Assembly (NCBI GenBank): GCA_044892525.1
Contig: CM097885.1
Location: 39,434,001-39,494,000, forward strand
Direction of reading: 5' to 3'
Origin: Schmidtea polychroa
Taxonomy: Eukaryota
Length of the DNA stretch: 60,000 nt
Part shown: positions 9,131-22,181 of the stretch, in pieces
Numbering within the stretch: the first letter of the stretch is position 1
Layout of the letters: each line of letters begins with the position of its first letter
Made by a program: the position numbers and the translations under genes
The notes under the pieces: model-generated
Seen by the model: only the letters and a program-made list of their open reading frames with translations
What the model was told of the DNA's origin: nothing
Database searches by the model: none

Positions 9131-11550
9131 TAAAGAGTAATTCTAGGTTCTACAATTTATCATTTTATTACTTCACCACTCGTCATTTCATAATTCAGGG
9201 TTTATAATTTTATAGTCGACTCGTATACTTCTTTATGAGTACCCTTTTTGATCAATATTGTCTTCTAAAATTATTCGCAGATTTCTTGGTACTATTAGCG
9301 TATAATTTCAGAATATTGACGAGTCTACAGTCTATACAAAACTAGTTCTAAGTTAATTGATCCTTATGCTAAAATTTATTTACTATTATCCCCATCTGAA
9401 ACTTATTATCAAGACTTCTCCATTATCAATTTATATTTTCAGGGTCGATATAATTTATATCTTAAATCTCATAATTATCTAAAACTTGCATTTTGACTAT
9501 AATTAGCAAATTTTATAATAAGTACTTATATCTTTATAAATATTTAAGATGGGCGCTTGAATTAATAGATCTGTAATTTAATCGGTTAGATTTGTAATAT
9601 CTATAGGTAGATTGAATTTATTCGCATAGTAATTAATCTCGAAGTCCCAACTAGATGAGGTTATACCCACACATATGCCGGACACTTTATCATTTCTATT
9701 ACTTGAGTTACTACAAATTTCTATTACCAAAATCGGATTCGGCATATGTCTAAGTACAACTGGAATGGCTATTATTGATCCACCGACTTCATTAAGGTGA
9801 TTGTGTAAGGTTAGGTATGAGTTCTACTCAGATTAAGACCTTATTGTAGAGATATTTGACATTGATTTTTAATGTTGATTTTAAATTTGTATTACGTACA
9901 AAGTCGGGAAGAATATTGCTTCCATGGCCCCACTGTGACCACTTCCACAAACCTTAGTGTTGAGTGTTGAGTCAACCATTTACGGTCGACCTTACATAAA
10001 TACAAAGAGTCAGACGGAGGGTTTCCTCGACCTAACTCCGTGGCAGAACCACAAAGTAGTTCGACCTTCGAAGGACCCGAACAAAAGAAATCATATAGTA
10101 TCGATCAATATAGTACGAATAATGCATGTTGGTAGGTTGCATAAAAATTTTATTCGATATCTTCCAATGCAGGACGGAATAGCGACGCACCGTGACGCCG
10201 CTGATCAGTCATATTTATCTAAATAACAACGAATTTAGTAAGAATAATTTAATTATAGAATGGTGTTCATTAAAATGGTTACATACATGGTTAACATAAA
10301 AACAATGCAATCAAAAAATACCTACTATCAGTTTCCTTCAAAATTTGGTCAACAAAAAATTTTGGCATAAATGACTAAATTATGCCCGAAACGTGTCGGT
10401 ATATATACCTATTTTGTACACGTGTATGTATTGATACAGTAAAACAAACTCGAATTCTTTTTATTCCAGAATTTTCTATTTAGCGATTTTGCTATTTTTA
10501 ATGGCAATTTTTGTGCCATAATTTTTGTTTTTATTTTTATATTTTTAATTTTTAATTATTTTTCGTTAATTTGCCGTCCATGATGGATTTGGAACGGTTC
10601 CAGAACATTCTATTTTACTTTTAATTTAATTTTTATTCTAACTGATGTTTTGTGAATTTCTTTTTAAGATTTATTATTTTTAATACTAATTTATTTATTT
10701 TCTCTAACTTTTATTGTTCTAGTGGCTATTGTGATGGTCATCGCCATTTTAATGTAATGTTCTGGGTTTTTCTTGAATTTTTTCGGTTTTTATCGTCTTT
10801 TAAGTTGTTCGAGTCTGTTTTATGCTTATCTGTGTTTATTTGGTTGTTTTTGAGTTCTATTTTTGCATCACTTCTTGCTTTTGGATAATTTTATTTAATT
10901 TCTGTGTTAATGTTTTTTGTAGTTTTTCCTTTAATTACTATTGTTTATTTGATGTAATTTTAATATTTAACTCTACTTTGTGCTTTTTTACTTGCTGTGT
11001 ACCTACAAATTTCGGTCATAATTAGAAGTTTGGGTCTAGAAATCAGTTCTAGCCCAACACTACTATCATCATCCAGCAATATAATCAGTACAAAGTTTTC
11101 ACACTCCTACTCCGGCATTCATCTGTTTCATATATTTTAAGACTATTTCTCGCCTGATATCAGGACAGTACATGCCTAAATCTGTTAATGATTGAAGGAA
11201 CTGTTTTAACTGGTATTGTGACTTCCTTACCCAAAAGTAAAATCAGGCGAAACTGGAAGAAATGAGCTGGTAAATCTGCATTTGAATGTAAAATAAAATT
11301 GAAATAGTTAACTTATCAAGCATCATTGGGGCTTTATAAATGTTTAAGATCCATAAAATCATCTGCAAGTGGTATATTTCTTTGAGTAAGAATATTTGAA
11401 AGTGAAAGTCGAATCAGCAAATGTAAAATTTATTAAATATATATAAACCAATAAAATTAATTAAAATTCCAATAAATTTCAAAAGATTCGCTATGAATGT
11501 ATCCATATATTAAATAAACCAACTCCTATAAAACTAACAATATAATACAA

Positions 11551-12486
11551 ATGGTTAAAAAAGTTTGGAAAAGCGTTAATGTCGATTTTACGATAAAAAG
11601 CAACAATAACATAATTGAGAATTCGGAAATTAGCGAAAATAATACAACGATTACTGCTGAATTGAGAAAAGCTTTGCCAACAACAACACATGCCAATCGT
11701 CAACTTGAAGAAGTTAATAAACTACCAATCGATGGTCCATTTTATTTGGAATTTTCTAATCTGAATTTTGATGTTGATGAAGAGTGCATTAGAAATCTGT
11801 TTAAAGGTTTAGATTTGGTGGATATTTATTTCAATCCGAGAAAGCGAGGAACTGGCAATATAGAATTCAGAAGTTTGGACAATTTGAAATCGGCGTTGGA
11901 ATTTAATGGACAAGTTTTCGTCGGTAGAGCAATTAATTTGACATTAATCACGGACATAGACAAAGAAAAGAAATTTAACACATTTCTAGATAAGAATGGT
12001 TGTTTTCACAAAGATGAAAAGAAATCTAAAGCAGATGAATCTGAAAATTGGAGAAGTAAGAAAGTTGTTGAAAGGAAAGAAACAAAACCAAGTGATAGCG
12101 ATAATTGGAGAGTAAAGAAAAATGTTGAAATGAAAGAAACCAAGCCAAGTAATAGTAATAATTGGAGAGTAAAGAAAACTATTGAAATGAAAGAAACTAA
12201 GCCAAGTGATAGCGATAATTGGAGAGTAAAGACAAATGTTGAAATGAAAGTATTCAAACCGAGATATAACAATAATTGGAGAGAAAAGAAAAGTGTTGAA
12301 ATGAAAGAAACAAAACCTAGTGATAGTGATAATTGGAGAATAAAGAAAGATGTTAAAGTAACAGAATCAAAAGACTGTAGCAGTGGAACACAGAGAATTA
12401 CAAATATGCGTGATACCAAAACAGAAAATCTTCGAGAAAACAAAACAGCCGAAAAAGAAAATTCTTGGAGATTAGTTAAAAAATAA
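11551..12486 (+). CDS. eIF4B: eIF4B-like RRM protein with six 19-aa NWR repeats (311 aa, A67E variant)
   Basis: LPTTTHANR..KLPIDGPFYLxFSNLNFDVDEECIRNLFKGL..RGTGNIEFRSLDNLKSALEFNG..GRAI aligns by eye with the metazoan eIF4B RRM (LPTAPRAAR..RLPKSPPYTAFLGNLPYDVTEESIKEFFRGL..KGFGYAEFEDLDSLLSALSLN..RRI). It is followed by ADESENWR, resembling eIF4B D-W-R motifs. Confidence 0.8.
   Translation: MVKKVWKSVNVDFTIKSNNNIIENSEISENNTTITAELRKALPTTTHANRQLEEVNKLPIDGPFYLEFSNLNFDVDEECIRNLFKGLDLVDIYFNPRKRGTGNIEFRSLDNLKSALEFNGQVFVGRAINLTLITDIDKEKKFNTFLDKNGCFHKDEKKSKADESENWRSKKVVERKETKPSDSDNWRVKKNVEMKETKPSNSNNWRVKKTIEMKETKPSDSDNWRVKTNVEMKVFKPRYNNNWREKKSVEMKETKPSDSDNWRIKKDVKVTESKDCSSGTQRITNMRDTKTENLRENKTAEKENSWRLVKK
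12046..12387 (+). repeat. Coding minisatellite, 6 x 57 bp (19 aa, NWRVKKxVEMKETKPSDSD), present in every gene copy
   Basis: aattggaga recurs every 57 bp, in frame. Confidence 0.95.
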
Positions 12487-13434
12487 ATTTTTCCTTTCTA
12501 TATTTGTTTAATATTATGATTGTTGTTTTTTCTTTAGAGTGTTTAATATATTTATTTTTCAATGTAAAATGTTTGATATATATCTTTAATATTAAATTGT
12601 ATTTTTATGATAGTAGTTTGTTTGCAAAATTGATAATGAGAAAGTACATAAATCTCTATTTTATTTTTGTTATGATAGAACATTTTAAGGATACGTTTGA
12701 AATTATATTTATCAATAAAAATTAAAATTTCTAAGTTATTCTATTATTAAACAAAATTTATATTGTAATTAAAATCAATTTCATAATTTTAATAAAATAA
12801 TAGACCTAGAAAATTTCGAAAGATAGGGAAATAGAATGTAAGTAATTATATTTATTACTCATTATTTAGTCAACTTTCATGTTATAGATAATAGTTGACA
12901 TATGTTTAGATAATTGATTTTTATTTTTTTCATTGAAAGGTCAGATTTGGTCTATGATTACCGTATGTGTGCGTGTGTAAGTAACTGAGTGATAAGGTTA
13001 CTGTTACTTGACACCCAACAAAAAACATTTATGACGTCACTACACAGGTATGCAATATTGAGTATTATATATTTTTTACAATTAACAGTCAAACATATTA
13101 GTTTTGCAAATTGAATTCACAAGCTAGGATTGATTGAATATTAAAAATATGTTGCAGTTGAAATCAGATTATGGTGAATATTTATAGGATGACTTTTATT
13201 ATAGTATTTAATTTTATTCAAAACAATTTCTATTTTAACGCATAGATAAAATTCAAAAAACTTTGACAAATAACTATTATGTCATTGAATTAGTTTTCAT
13301 AAAATATTATTATATATGAATATTAATAGACAATCTATGTATTATTTTATGAAAGTTAATTAATAGCAGCTTAAAAATACTCAAAGACCTTTCCTAATGT
13401 TATTGAACACCAATAAAACATCATTTATTCCATT

Positions 13435-15060
13435 TCAAAAATTAAATATTTTTACTCTTATTTGAAATAAACTCAATGGTAGTTTATTAAGTACGTGACA
13501 TAGCATTTTATTTATTTCATTATAAAGCTCTTTTCGTTTCTTGAAACCTTGATAATTTATCTTAATATGTTGGCTTAATTTAATAAATTTCGATCTATCT
13601 TGACTCTTATTATCGGTAGATTTAACATTTGTCGACATCAAAATAAAGTCATAAGAATCAAGAATCATTGAATTAAGAGAAATCTTTTTATATTTTCTTT
13701 ATATGATATTATTTTATTTGAATAAAGGAAATGCTTATAAGCTAAAATCATATTAGATCATGATTCAATTTGTCCAAATTGCCAAATTGCGACCAACTAA
13801 CGACTTATTGGACAGATAATTATATGATGATGAAATGTTGTCAAACTACTTCTGTATTTGATGATTTTGTAATATTTAGGTCTCACTATTTGAGAATCTC
13901 AACTCTACTGGTTTTTATATAAATATAAATAAAGAACACAGGTTTTTATATAAATGTTTATTTAAAATTTCAAAAATTACCAAATGAGAAATCGAAATTT
14001 GCAAAAATGATCTTCTAAAATTGTAACTTTCACTGGATAATTACTAATTTATTTTCACTGCAAAATGCTAGCTAATTGTGTGGTTTTTTTATGTTGTGTA
14101 GTGCTTGTTGTGTTAATTTTAAATCAATTAAATAAGGCTTCTATAGAGAGTTTTTGTCTGGTCTGTGTTTAAATATTTACGAAGCATTAAACTTTGAAAA
14201 CTCTTCTTGGAGCAAATATTTGGCGAATTAAATGATTTTCTTCGCGCCTATTTATATCAACATTTTTCAATAAAAATAAAATATGATTATTTCCTGCTTC
14301 TACGCACTGAATAGTAATATTAAATATTATATCTACATATTTTGTTCTTTATAGATTGCGTGCTATAATAAAGATATGTTTTTCTTAAATTATAATTATA
14401 ATATAACATTAATTTTTTGAAATATAATAAATTTAATAGTAATTTTTCCTTGCGTTAAAATAAGTTAATTATAACGTAGAATAAAGATTATTGTACAGAT
14501 AATTAGCATAACCTGATTAAATATAAAATAGTCAATTATATACAATATAGTCTCTACAAGATAGATTGGATTTGTGGGTCTTCTTTCTTATTAGACTTAT
14601 TGCCTCGCTTCTGCATATACGTTGACCATTTAACCTTTAGACTCTGTCTTATTATTATTTGTTAGGGACGAATGTGGTGATGTGCCTACTATCATCATCC
14701 AGCAATATAATCAGTACAAAGTTTTCACACTCCTACTCCGGCATTCATCTGTTTCATATATTTAAAGACTATTTCTCGCCTGATATCAGGACAGTACATG
14801 CCAAAATCTGTTAATGATTGAAGGAACTGTTTTAACTGGTATTGTGACTTCCTTACCCAAAAGTAAAATCAGGCGAAACTGGAAGAAAGTGAATGAGCTG
14901 GTAAATCTGCATTTGAATGTAAAATAAAATTGAAATAGTTAACTTATCAAGCATCATTGGGGCTTTATAAATGTTTAAGATCAATAAAATCATCTGCAAG
15001 TGGTATATTTCTTTGAGTAAGAATATTTGAAAGTGAAAGTCGAATCAGCAAATGTAAAAT
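13435..15060 (-). pseudogene. Possible decayed multi-exon gene in the spacer of each unit
   Basis: Protein-like minus-strand blocks with in-frame stops, separated by short AT-rich segments with intron-like ends. Confidence 0.25.
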
Positions 15061-15181
15061 TTATTAAATATATATAAACCAATAAAATTAATTAAAATTC
15101 CAATAAATTTCAAAAGATTCGCTATGAATGTATCCATATATTAAATAAACCAACTCCTATAAAACTAACAATATAATACAA

Positions 15182-16117
15182 ATGGTTAAAAAAGTTTGGA
15201 AAAGCGTTAATGTCGATTTTACGATAAAAAGCAACAATAACATAATTGAGAATTCGGAAATTAGCGAAAATAATACAACGATTACTGCTGAATTGAGAAA
15301 AGCTTTGCCAACAACAACACATGCCAATCGTCAACTTGAAGAAGTTAATAAACTACCAATCGATGGTCCATTTTATTTGGCATTTTCTAATCTGAATTTT
15401 GATGTTGATGAAGAGTGCATTAGAAATCTGTTTAAAGGTTTAGATTTGGTGGATATTTATTTCAATCCGAGAAAGCGAGGAACTGGCAATATAGAATTCA
15501 GAAATTTGGACAATTTGAAATCGGCGTTGGAATTTAATGGACAAGTTTTCGTCGGTAGAGCAATTAATTTGACATTAATCACGGACATAGACAAAGAAAA
15601 GAAATTTAACACATTTCTAGATAAGAATGGTTGTTTTCACAAAGATGAAAAGAAATCTAAAGCAGATGAATCTGAAAATTGGAGAAGTAAGAAAGTTGTT
15701 GAAAGGAAAGAAACAAAACCAAGTGATAGCGATAATTGGAGAGTAAAGAAAAATGTTGAAATGAAAGAAACCAAGCCAAGTAATAGTAATAATTGGAGAG
15801 TAAAGAAAACTATTGAAATGAAAGAAACTAAGCCAAGTGATAGCGATAATTGGAGAGTAAAGACAAATGTTGAAATGAAAGTATTCAAACCGAGATATAA
15901 CAATAATTGGAGAGAAAAGAAAAGTGTTGAAATGAAAGAAACAAAACCTAGTGATAGTGATAATTGGAGAATAAAGAAAGATGTTAAAGTAACAGAATCA
16001 AAAGACTGTAGCAGTGGAACACAGAGAATTACAAATATGCGTGATACCAAAACAGAAAATCTTCGAGAAAACAAAACAGCCGAAAAAGAAAATTCTTGGA
16101 GATTAGTTAAAAAATAA
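15182..16117 (+). CDS. eIF4B: eIF4B-like RRM/NWR-repeat protein (S108N variant)
   Basis: Intact 311-aa array copy. Confidence 0.8.
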   Translation: MVKKVWKSVNVDFTIKSNNNIIENSEISENNTTITAELRKALPTTTHANRQLEEVNKLPIDGPFYLAFSNLNFDVDEECIRNLFKGLDLVDIYFNPRKRGTGNIEFRNLDNLKSALEFNGQVFVGRAINLTLITDIDKEKKFNTFLDKNGCFHKDEKKSKADESENWRSKKVVERKETKPSDSDNWRVKKNVEMKETKPSNSNNWRVKKTIEMKETKPSDSDNWRVKTNVEMKVFKPRYNNNWREKKSVEMKETKPSDSDNWRIKKDVKVTESKDCSSGTQRITNMRDTKTENLRENKTAEKENSWRLVKK

Positions 16118-19100
16118 ATTTTTCCTTTCTATATTTGTTTAATATTATGATTGTTGTTTTTTCTTTAGAGTGTTTAATATATTTATTTTTCAATGTAAAA
16201 TGTTTGATATATATCTTTAATATTAAATTGTATTTTTATGATAGTAGTTTGTTTGCAAAATTGATAATGAGAAAGTACATAAATCTCTATTTTATTTTTG
16301 TTATGATAGAACATTTTAAGGATACGTTTGAAATTATATTTATCAATAAAAATTAAAATTTCTAAGTTATTCTATTATTAAACAAAATTTATATTGTAAT
16401 TAAAATCAATTTCATAATTTTAATAAAATAATAGACCTAGAAAATTTCGAAAGATAGGGAAATAGAATGTAAGTAATTATATTTATTACTCATTATTTAG
16501 TCAACTTTCATGTTATAGATAATAGTTGACATATGTTTAGATAATTGATTTTTATTTTTTTCATTGAAATGTCAGATTTGGTCTATGATTACCGTATGTG
16601 TGCGTGTGTAAGTAACTGAGTGATAAGGTTACTGTTACTTGACACCCAACAAAAAACATTTATGACGTCACTACACAGGTATGCAATATTGAGTATTATA
16701 TATTTTTTACAATTAACAATATTAGTTTTGCAAATTGAATTCACAAGCTAGGATTGATTGAATATTAAAAATATGTTGCAGTTGAAATCAGATTATGGTG
16801 AATATTTATAGGATGACTTTTATTATAGTATTTAATTTTATTCAAAACAATTTCTATTTTAACGCATAGATAAAATTCAAAAAACTTTGACAAATAACTA
16901 TTATGTCATTGAATTAGTTTTCATAAAATATTATTATATATGAATATTAATAGACAATCTATGTATTATTTTATGAAAGTTAATTAATAGCAGCTTAAAA
17001 ATACTCAAAGACCTTTCCTAATGTTATTGAACACCAATAAAACATCATTTATTCCATTTCAAAAATTAAATATTTTTACTCTTATTTGAAATAAACTCAA
17101 TGGTAGTTTATTAAGTACGTGACATAGCATTTTATTTATTTCATTATAAAGCTCTTTTCGTTTCTTGAAACCTTGATAATTTATCTTAATATGTTGGCTT
17201 AATTTAATAAATTTCGATCTATCTTGACTCTTATTATCGGTAGATTTAACATTTGTCGACATCAAAATAAAGTCCAAAGAATCAAGAATCATTGAATTAA
17301 GAGAAATCTTTTTATATTTTCTTTATATGATATTATTTTATTTGAATAAAGGAAATGCTTATAAGCTAAAATTATATTAGATCATGATTCAATTTGTCCA
17401 AATTGCCAAATTGCGACCAACTAACGACTTATTGGACAGATAATTATATGATGATGAAATGTTGTCAAACTACTTCTGTATTTGATGATTTTGTAATATT
17501 TAGGTCTCACTATTTGAGAATCTCAACTCTACTGGTTTTTATATAAATATAAATAAAGAACACAGGTCTTTATATAAATGTTTATTTAAAATTTCAAAAA
17601 TTACCAAATGAGAAATCGAAATTTGCAAAAATGATCTTCTAAAATTGTAACTTTCACTGGATAATTACTAATTTATTTTCACTGCAAAATGCTAGCTAAT
17701 TGTGTGGTTTTTTTATGTTGTGTAGTGCTTGTTGTGTTAATTTTAAATCAATTAAATAAGGCTTCTGTAGAGAGTTTTTGTCTGGTCTGTGTTTAAATAT
17801 TTACGAAGCATTAAACTTTGAAAACTCTTCTTGGAGCAAATATTTGGCGAATTAAATGATTTTCTTCGCGCCTATTTATATCAACATTTTTCAATAAAAA
17901 TAAAATATGATTATTTCCTGCTTATACGCACTGAATAGTAATATTAAATATTATATCTACATATTTTGTTCTTTATAGATTGCGTGCTATAATAAAGATA
18001 TGTTTTTCTTAAATTATAATTATAATATAACATTAATTTTTTGAAATATAATAAATTTAATAGTAATTTTTCCTTGCGTTAAAATAAGTTAATTATAACG
18101 TAGAATAAAGATCTAGTTCGGGTCGTTTGAAATCGTCGCTGTTCTCAAATTCGTTAGTTAAACTGTCCGATTCAAATACTGTTTCTACTGATGCTGGTTT
18201 CTTGTGTAGTTTTCTGTTTTTCTTGGCTCTTTGTATCTCTTCCTTTTCCAATAAATTGAGGTTTCCTTTACTTTTTCGTCTAGTTCGGCTAGCTAAGCTA
18301 TCAATTTTTTCCTCCTTTTAATATCCTTTGATAAATTTTCTACTTCGTCGATTGAGCTTGATGTTTCCTAATTATTGTCTCGCTTTAATCTTTACGATTC
18401 TCTAATTCCTCTTGGATTTGGTTTTATTAGTTTCTTTGATTCTTCGCTTTTTGATTGATTTCTCTATATCTCTTGATTTCTATTGCTTTCTTGATTTTCT
18501 TGATTTCTTTCTGAATTCTTTGCTTTATTCTAAAATAATTAACACTTCTAGTACATATCATAAATTCTCTTTATTAAACCCTTCATTTACTTTCCATTTT
18601 CCCTTTATTTTACTGCTCCTTCGCTTCAAATTTTCTAGCTTTCCTACACTTCTCGTTATTCACCCCATTTTGATTTTAAGTCGATTTTAAATTATCTATA
18701 ACTCATATCAATTATCTATATAGTCATATCAATTATCTATCCCTTTTATAATCGTCATATAAATATAATATCAATCACATAAATATCAAAATAAACATAT
18801 CATTAATAAATAAAATTCAATAATTCAACTACTAGCTATTCGTTCGCTTTTCCCCATCCAAAACCTGGTTTTATGTTCTCTTGCGCCGGCGCTTTATCAT
18901 AATTTTCCTTTACTCATTATATATTTGTCGCACTTAATCTATTTCAATTTAATCAACTTCATTTTAATTATTGATGCTTTGGTACGCGCGACCTCTACAT
19001 CCACCTTTATTTACCATCGGCTCTCTGGCTGGTTTACTCAACTCACTAATTTCATTTAAATCATTTCGCTCAATTACCATCGGCTCCCTGGCCGGTTTAA

Positions 19101-20587
19101 TCAACTCATTTTAATCATAATTGAAGTCTTTTACGACTCCTAGACGCCTGGGCTTTTACACCATTACGCCGTATTCGCGGTCTTCGGTCCCTGACCGGTT
19201 TCAAATGCCCTAAATGAGGTTTCTTCAACCCCCAGACGCCTTCGGGTTTTACACCTACTATCGTCCCTACCGCGATTAAATTGAGTTGACAGTTGACTTT
19301 CGGGTTAATTAACAATTCAAGGCTCCTCCTACTCAAATTCCTAATTTGCTGAGGCCTCACAACTGGCTCAATTCTTAGCCGCTTATTGAAAAGAGTCTAA
19401 TACCGGTAACTCTAATCTCATCACCGTTTCACTGGGCCTATCGGTACTCGGTGTGGGCATCCGGGTTTTGTACCGACCCCGGCTAGCAATAATCACGAAG
19501 AAAAAACATCCTATCTGTCAGGATTTAAAAAACACGGAAATACCTAATCGCCTTGATCGTGATTCTCAAAAGTGATGAACCAGATCTCCCGACTAGTGAA
19601 GCTAAAGGGAAATTGGATATGCAGTTGACTCTCGGTCTCCCACCTCACAACTGGTCCAATCTTGGTTGCCTGTTGAGTACGAGTCCTTTACCGGTTGACT
19701 CGCATCTCACAACCGTTTCACTGGGCTCCTTGATACTCGGTGTAAGTAACTGGGTATCTCTCGCTCGCTACCCTTCCGGGTATTTGTATCAAGTCCCGCT
19801 AGCAACTCGAAAAAAGTGCGCCCAATACTCGGTGTGGTATCCGGGTTTTTGTATTGGGTGATCCAGCATCATCAGTCCCTTGGCTGATAATCTCCTGGAC
19901 ACTACAGTCCGGTGGTTAGCCGCTGTACTCGGGTGCCTCATCACTCGCTAGGGAAAAATCATTATTCCTCATCTGATTTGAAGTCCAAAAACGGTTTCTT
20001 CAAATCCGCAGCTGCTCTCGGATTAAATTTTTTAACATTTAGCGCGCGTTTTTCAATTTTTATTTTTATTTTTCTATTTTTATTCACCCTTTTTAGTTAG
20101 TCCCAGTCTCCCAGACAAAAAAAATATAATAATCGCGTTGGTTCATTTCCCACAAGTGGTGATCAGTCACTCGACAGAAACTCCCCAACATTTGCGATGG
20201 ATCCTACTACATTCTCTCGTCAGGGTGATCAGGATTTCCCCATTCGGGCAAGTGTCGTAAGGACGATTCACTTGTCATCCCCTCATTATCGTATCACTCT
20301 ATGCCAAAATAATAAAACAGGAAGGAAAGAAAATTGGAAATAAAAAATCGTACTGATCTTAGCGATCAGCTCATCCATACGACTATGATCAGTCCTGCAT
20401 TCAATTTTGATTTAGTTCTAATTGCTGTGTTGCTTGTCTATTTATTTAACGTATTTTGTGTCCTTTATATGTCTATGTTCATCGTATGTTTTATACCTTT
20501 CGGTTGCTATAATGGAATTTTTTAATATAATTTAATAATTTTATCACTTCATATTCATTCACAAGAAATTTATTTGACGACATCTCC

Positions 20588-21070
20588 TTACGGAATGTAT
20601 ATTACAATTTTCTCTCTAACATTCGTATCGCATACGTTGCATCGTTTAATTTTCTCTGCGCAATTCTCGCAGTAACATAAATGACCACATGGGATCGTCA
20701 TTACTCGTATTTCATTGATTCTGCACATGAAGCATTTTCTAAAATCTTTCACTTGACGTTCGATCGCTTCTTTAATTTCTTCTTCGATCGTCCCCATTTT
20801 CATCATTATCTCCTGCCATTTGATGTTAAATTTGGCATCATCTAATCGTAAATTTTGGATTTGATAAACTCTTTTAGTGGTCAATTCCGCATTAGGTGTT
20901 GCTATTTTCATCATTACACATATTTCCTCAGCTTGCGGTCTTGGATTCAAGCTCATCTCATCTTGGATTTTCACCAACTGGTCCGCTTTGCGATTTAGCC
21001 GTTGTAACGAATTGTGTGTTAAATCTACGAATTTTTCGAGTCTCTTTGTAATGTAGCCGGTTGATTCCAT
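20588..21070 (-). CDS. Coiled-coil + RING protein (copy 2)
   Basis: Identical protein. Confidence 0.88.
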   Translation of the reverse strand: MESTGYITKRLEKFVDLTHNSLQRLNRKADQLVKIQDEMSLNPRPQAEEICVMMKIATPNAELTTKRVYQIQNLRLDDAKFNIKWQEIMMKMGTIEEEIKEAIERQVKDFRKCFMCRINEIRVMTIPCGHLCYCENCAEKIKRCNVCDTNVREKIVIYIP

Positions 21071-21757
21071 CTAATTAAGATTTATTAATTAAAGTTCTTT
21101 TTATTAATATTCGCGTCATTTTCCCCCTTTATCATTTTCCCTCTAATATCCAGAATACCTTATTTTATTAGTGCTTCAATAAACCTTTACATTCTACTTA
21201 TCACTCTTAACAACCCCGTCTCCCTCTGTTTAATGTTCTATCCTGCGCAAATTTTTCTCATGATTTTATTATAATCGTTTCATTATATATAACCCATATC
21301 CCATTCGTTATCGCCCTATTTTACACGTTTTCGATTAAGTTTAATTACATTGTTCATTTGTTCTATCTTTATTAGCGTGCTATCCCCCCTTTTCCCTATT
21401 TTTTAAATTTTTATTATTTCTTTATATTTACATTCTACTAATCGTTAATATTTACAATTTTTATTATATTTTTGTTTTCGTTTTAATTTTCGTTTATTAT
21501 CATTCATTCTATTACTACGCTATTCGTACAGTGTTCTCATACTCACTTTCAATATATTCATATGTTGTCATACTTTAAAACTCTCATCATTCATTTAAAC
21601 ATTCCACCTATATTTCATCATATTCGCACGTCCATGTACTAAATTTAAGTGTTTGGGAAAACAATTTGCTCGTTCCCGAATGCATATTACTTTATATCAG
21701 CTTTTACTCTCTCCGTTATATCTATTCTCGGGTTCTTTCACTAATCAAATCTTCACT

Positions 21758-21775
21758 ATCCCGGCTGAGCCCCCA
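21758..21775 (-). promoter_or_regulatory. tRNA-Pro PBS (copy 2)
   Basis: Identical 18-mer. Confidence 0.88.
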
Positions 21776-22181
21776 ATTTTGTATGGTGGGTTACTGGTGG
21801 TCGAATGTTTAAGTGCTGTTACCAGCGTAACCCAACATGCAACATTGTCTTTCCGCTTGGTACCCGTTGAGTAATCAACGTTGGTACTGTACCAAGGGTT
21901 GAGTACTCGCAAAAAGTGAGCGCATCAAGGCACTATAATTGTCGAGTACTCCATGGGTTCACGGACTACCGATAGAAGGTGTGTGTCCGATTTCTCAGGT
22001 CCCTCATCAAAATTGTTTTCCCAACCTTACGCACAAACTCTCATTTCTCAGGCAATCATAAAATATATCGGATATTATTTTAGTACTAAGAAATATGTAT
22101 TATTTTAACAAAAAATATATTCTTTTAATACTACAAAATATACACAACACCCTACAAGGATATATAAACCAGAATAAAAGT

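Larger units (their letters stand above)
2315..11059 (-). mobile_element. 3'-truncated giant LTR retroelement, copy 1 (5' LTR, PBS, leader; no gag-pol)
   Basis: Compared with an empty unit, identity stops after ataaagat (2314 / 14488) and resumes at ctactatcatc (11060 / 14686). The 8745 bp insert replaces 197 bp. On the minus strand it begins TGTTGGG and carries a tRNA-Pro PBS 5.08 kb inside. Confidence 0.88.
5982..11059 (-). repeat. 5' long terminal repeat, ~5078 bp (copy 1)
   Basis: The minus strand reads TGTTGGG...CCATACA, then a 4-nt spacer and the PBS. The outer end coincides with the insertion boundary. No partner LTR is present to confirm it. Confidence 0.8.

Noticed and set aside
9671..9749. 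10-bp inverted repeat acatatgccg/cggcatatgt as a MITE
   Set aside because: It is too short, with no TSD and no empty site for comparison.
10364..10397. Hammerhead-like ggcataa/ttatgcc stem followed by cgaaacgtgtc
   Set aside because: The required CUGANGA is missing upstream of the stem. At most this is a decayed relic.
12046..12387. CRISPR-like periodic repeat
   Set aside because: It is an in-frame 57-bp coding repeat without unique spacers or cas genes, in a eukaryotic context.
12006..12443. 145-aa hydrophobic minus-strand ORF (and copies)
   Set aside because: It is the antisense shadow of the K/E-rich repeat region of the eIF4B-like gene.
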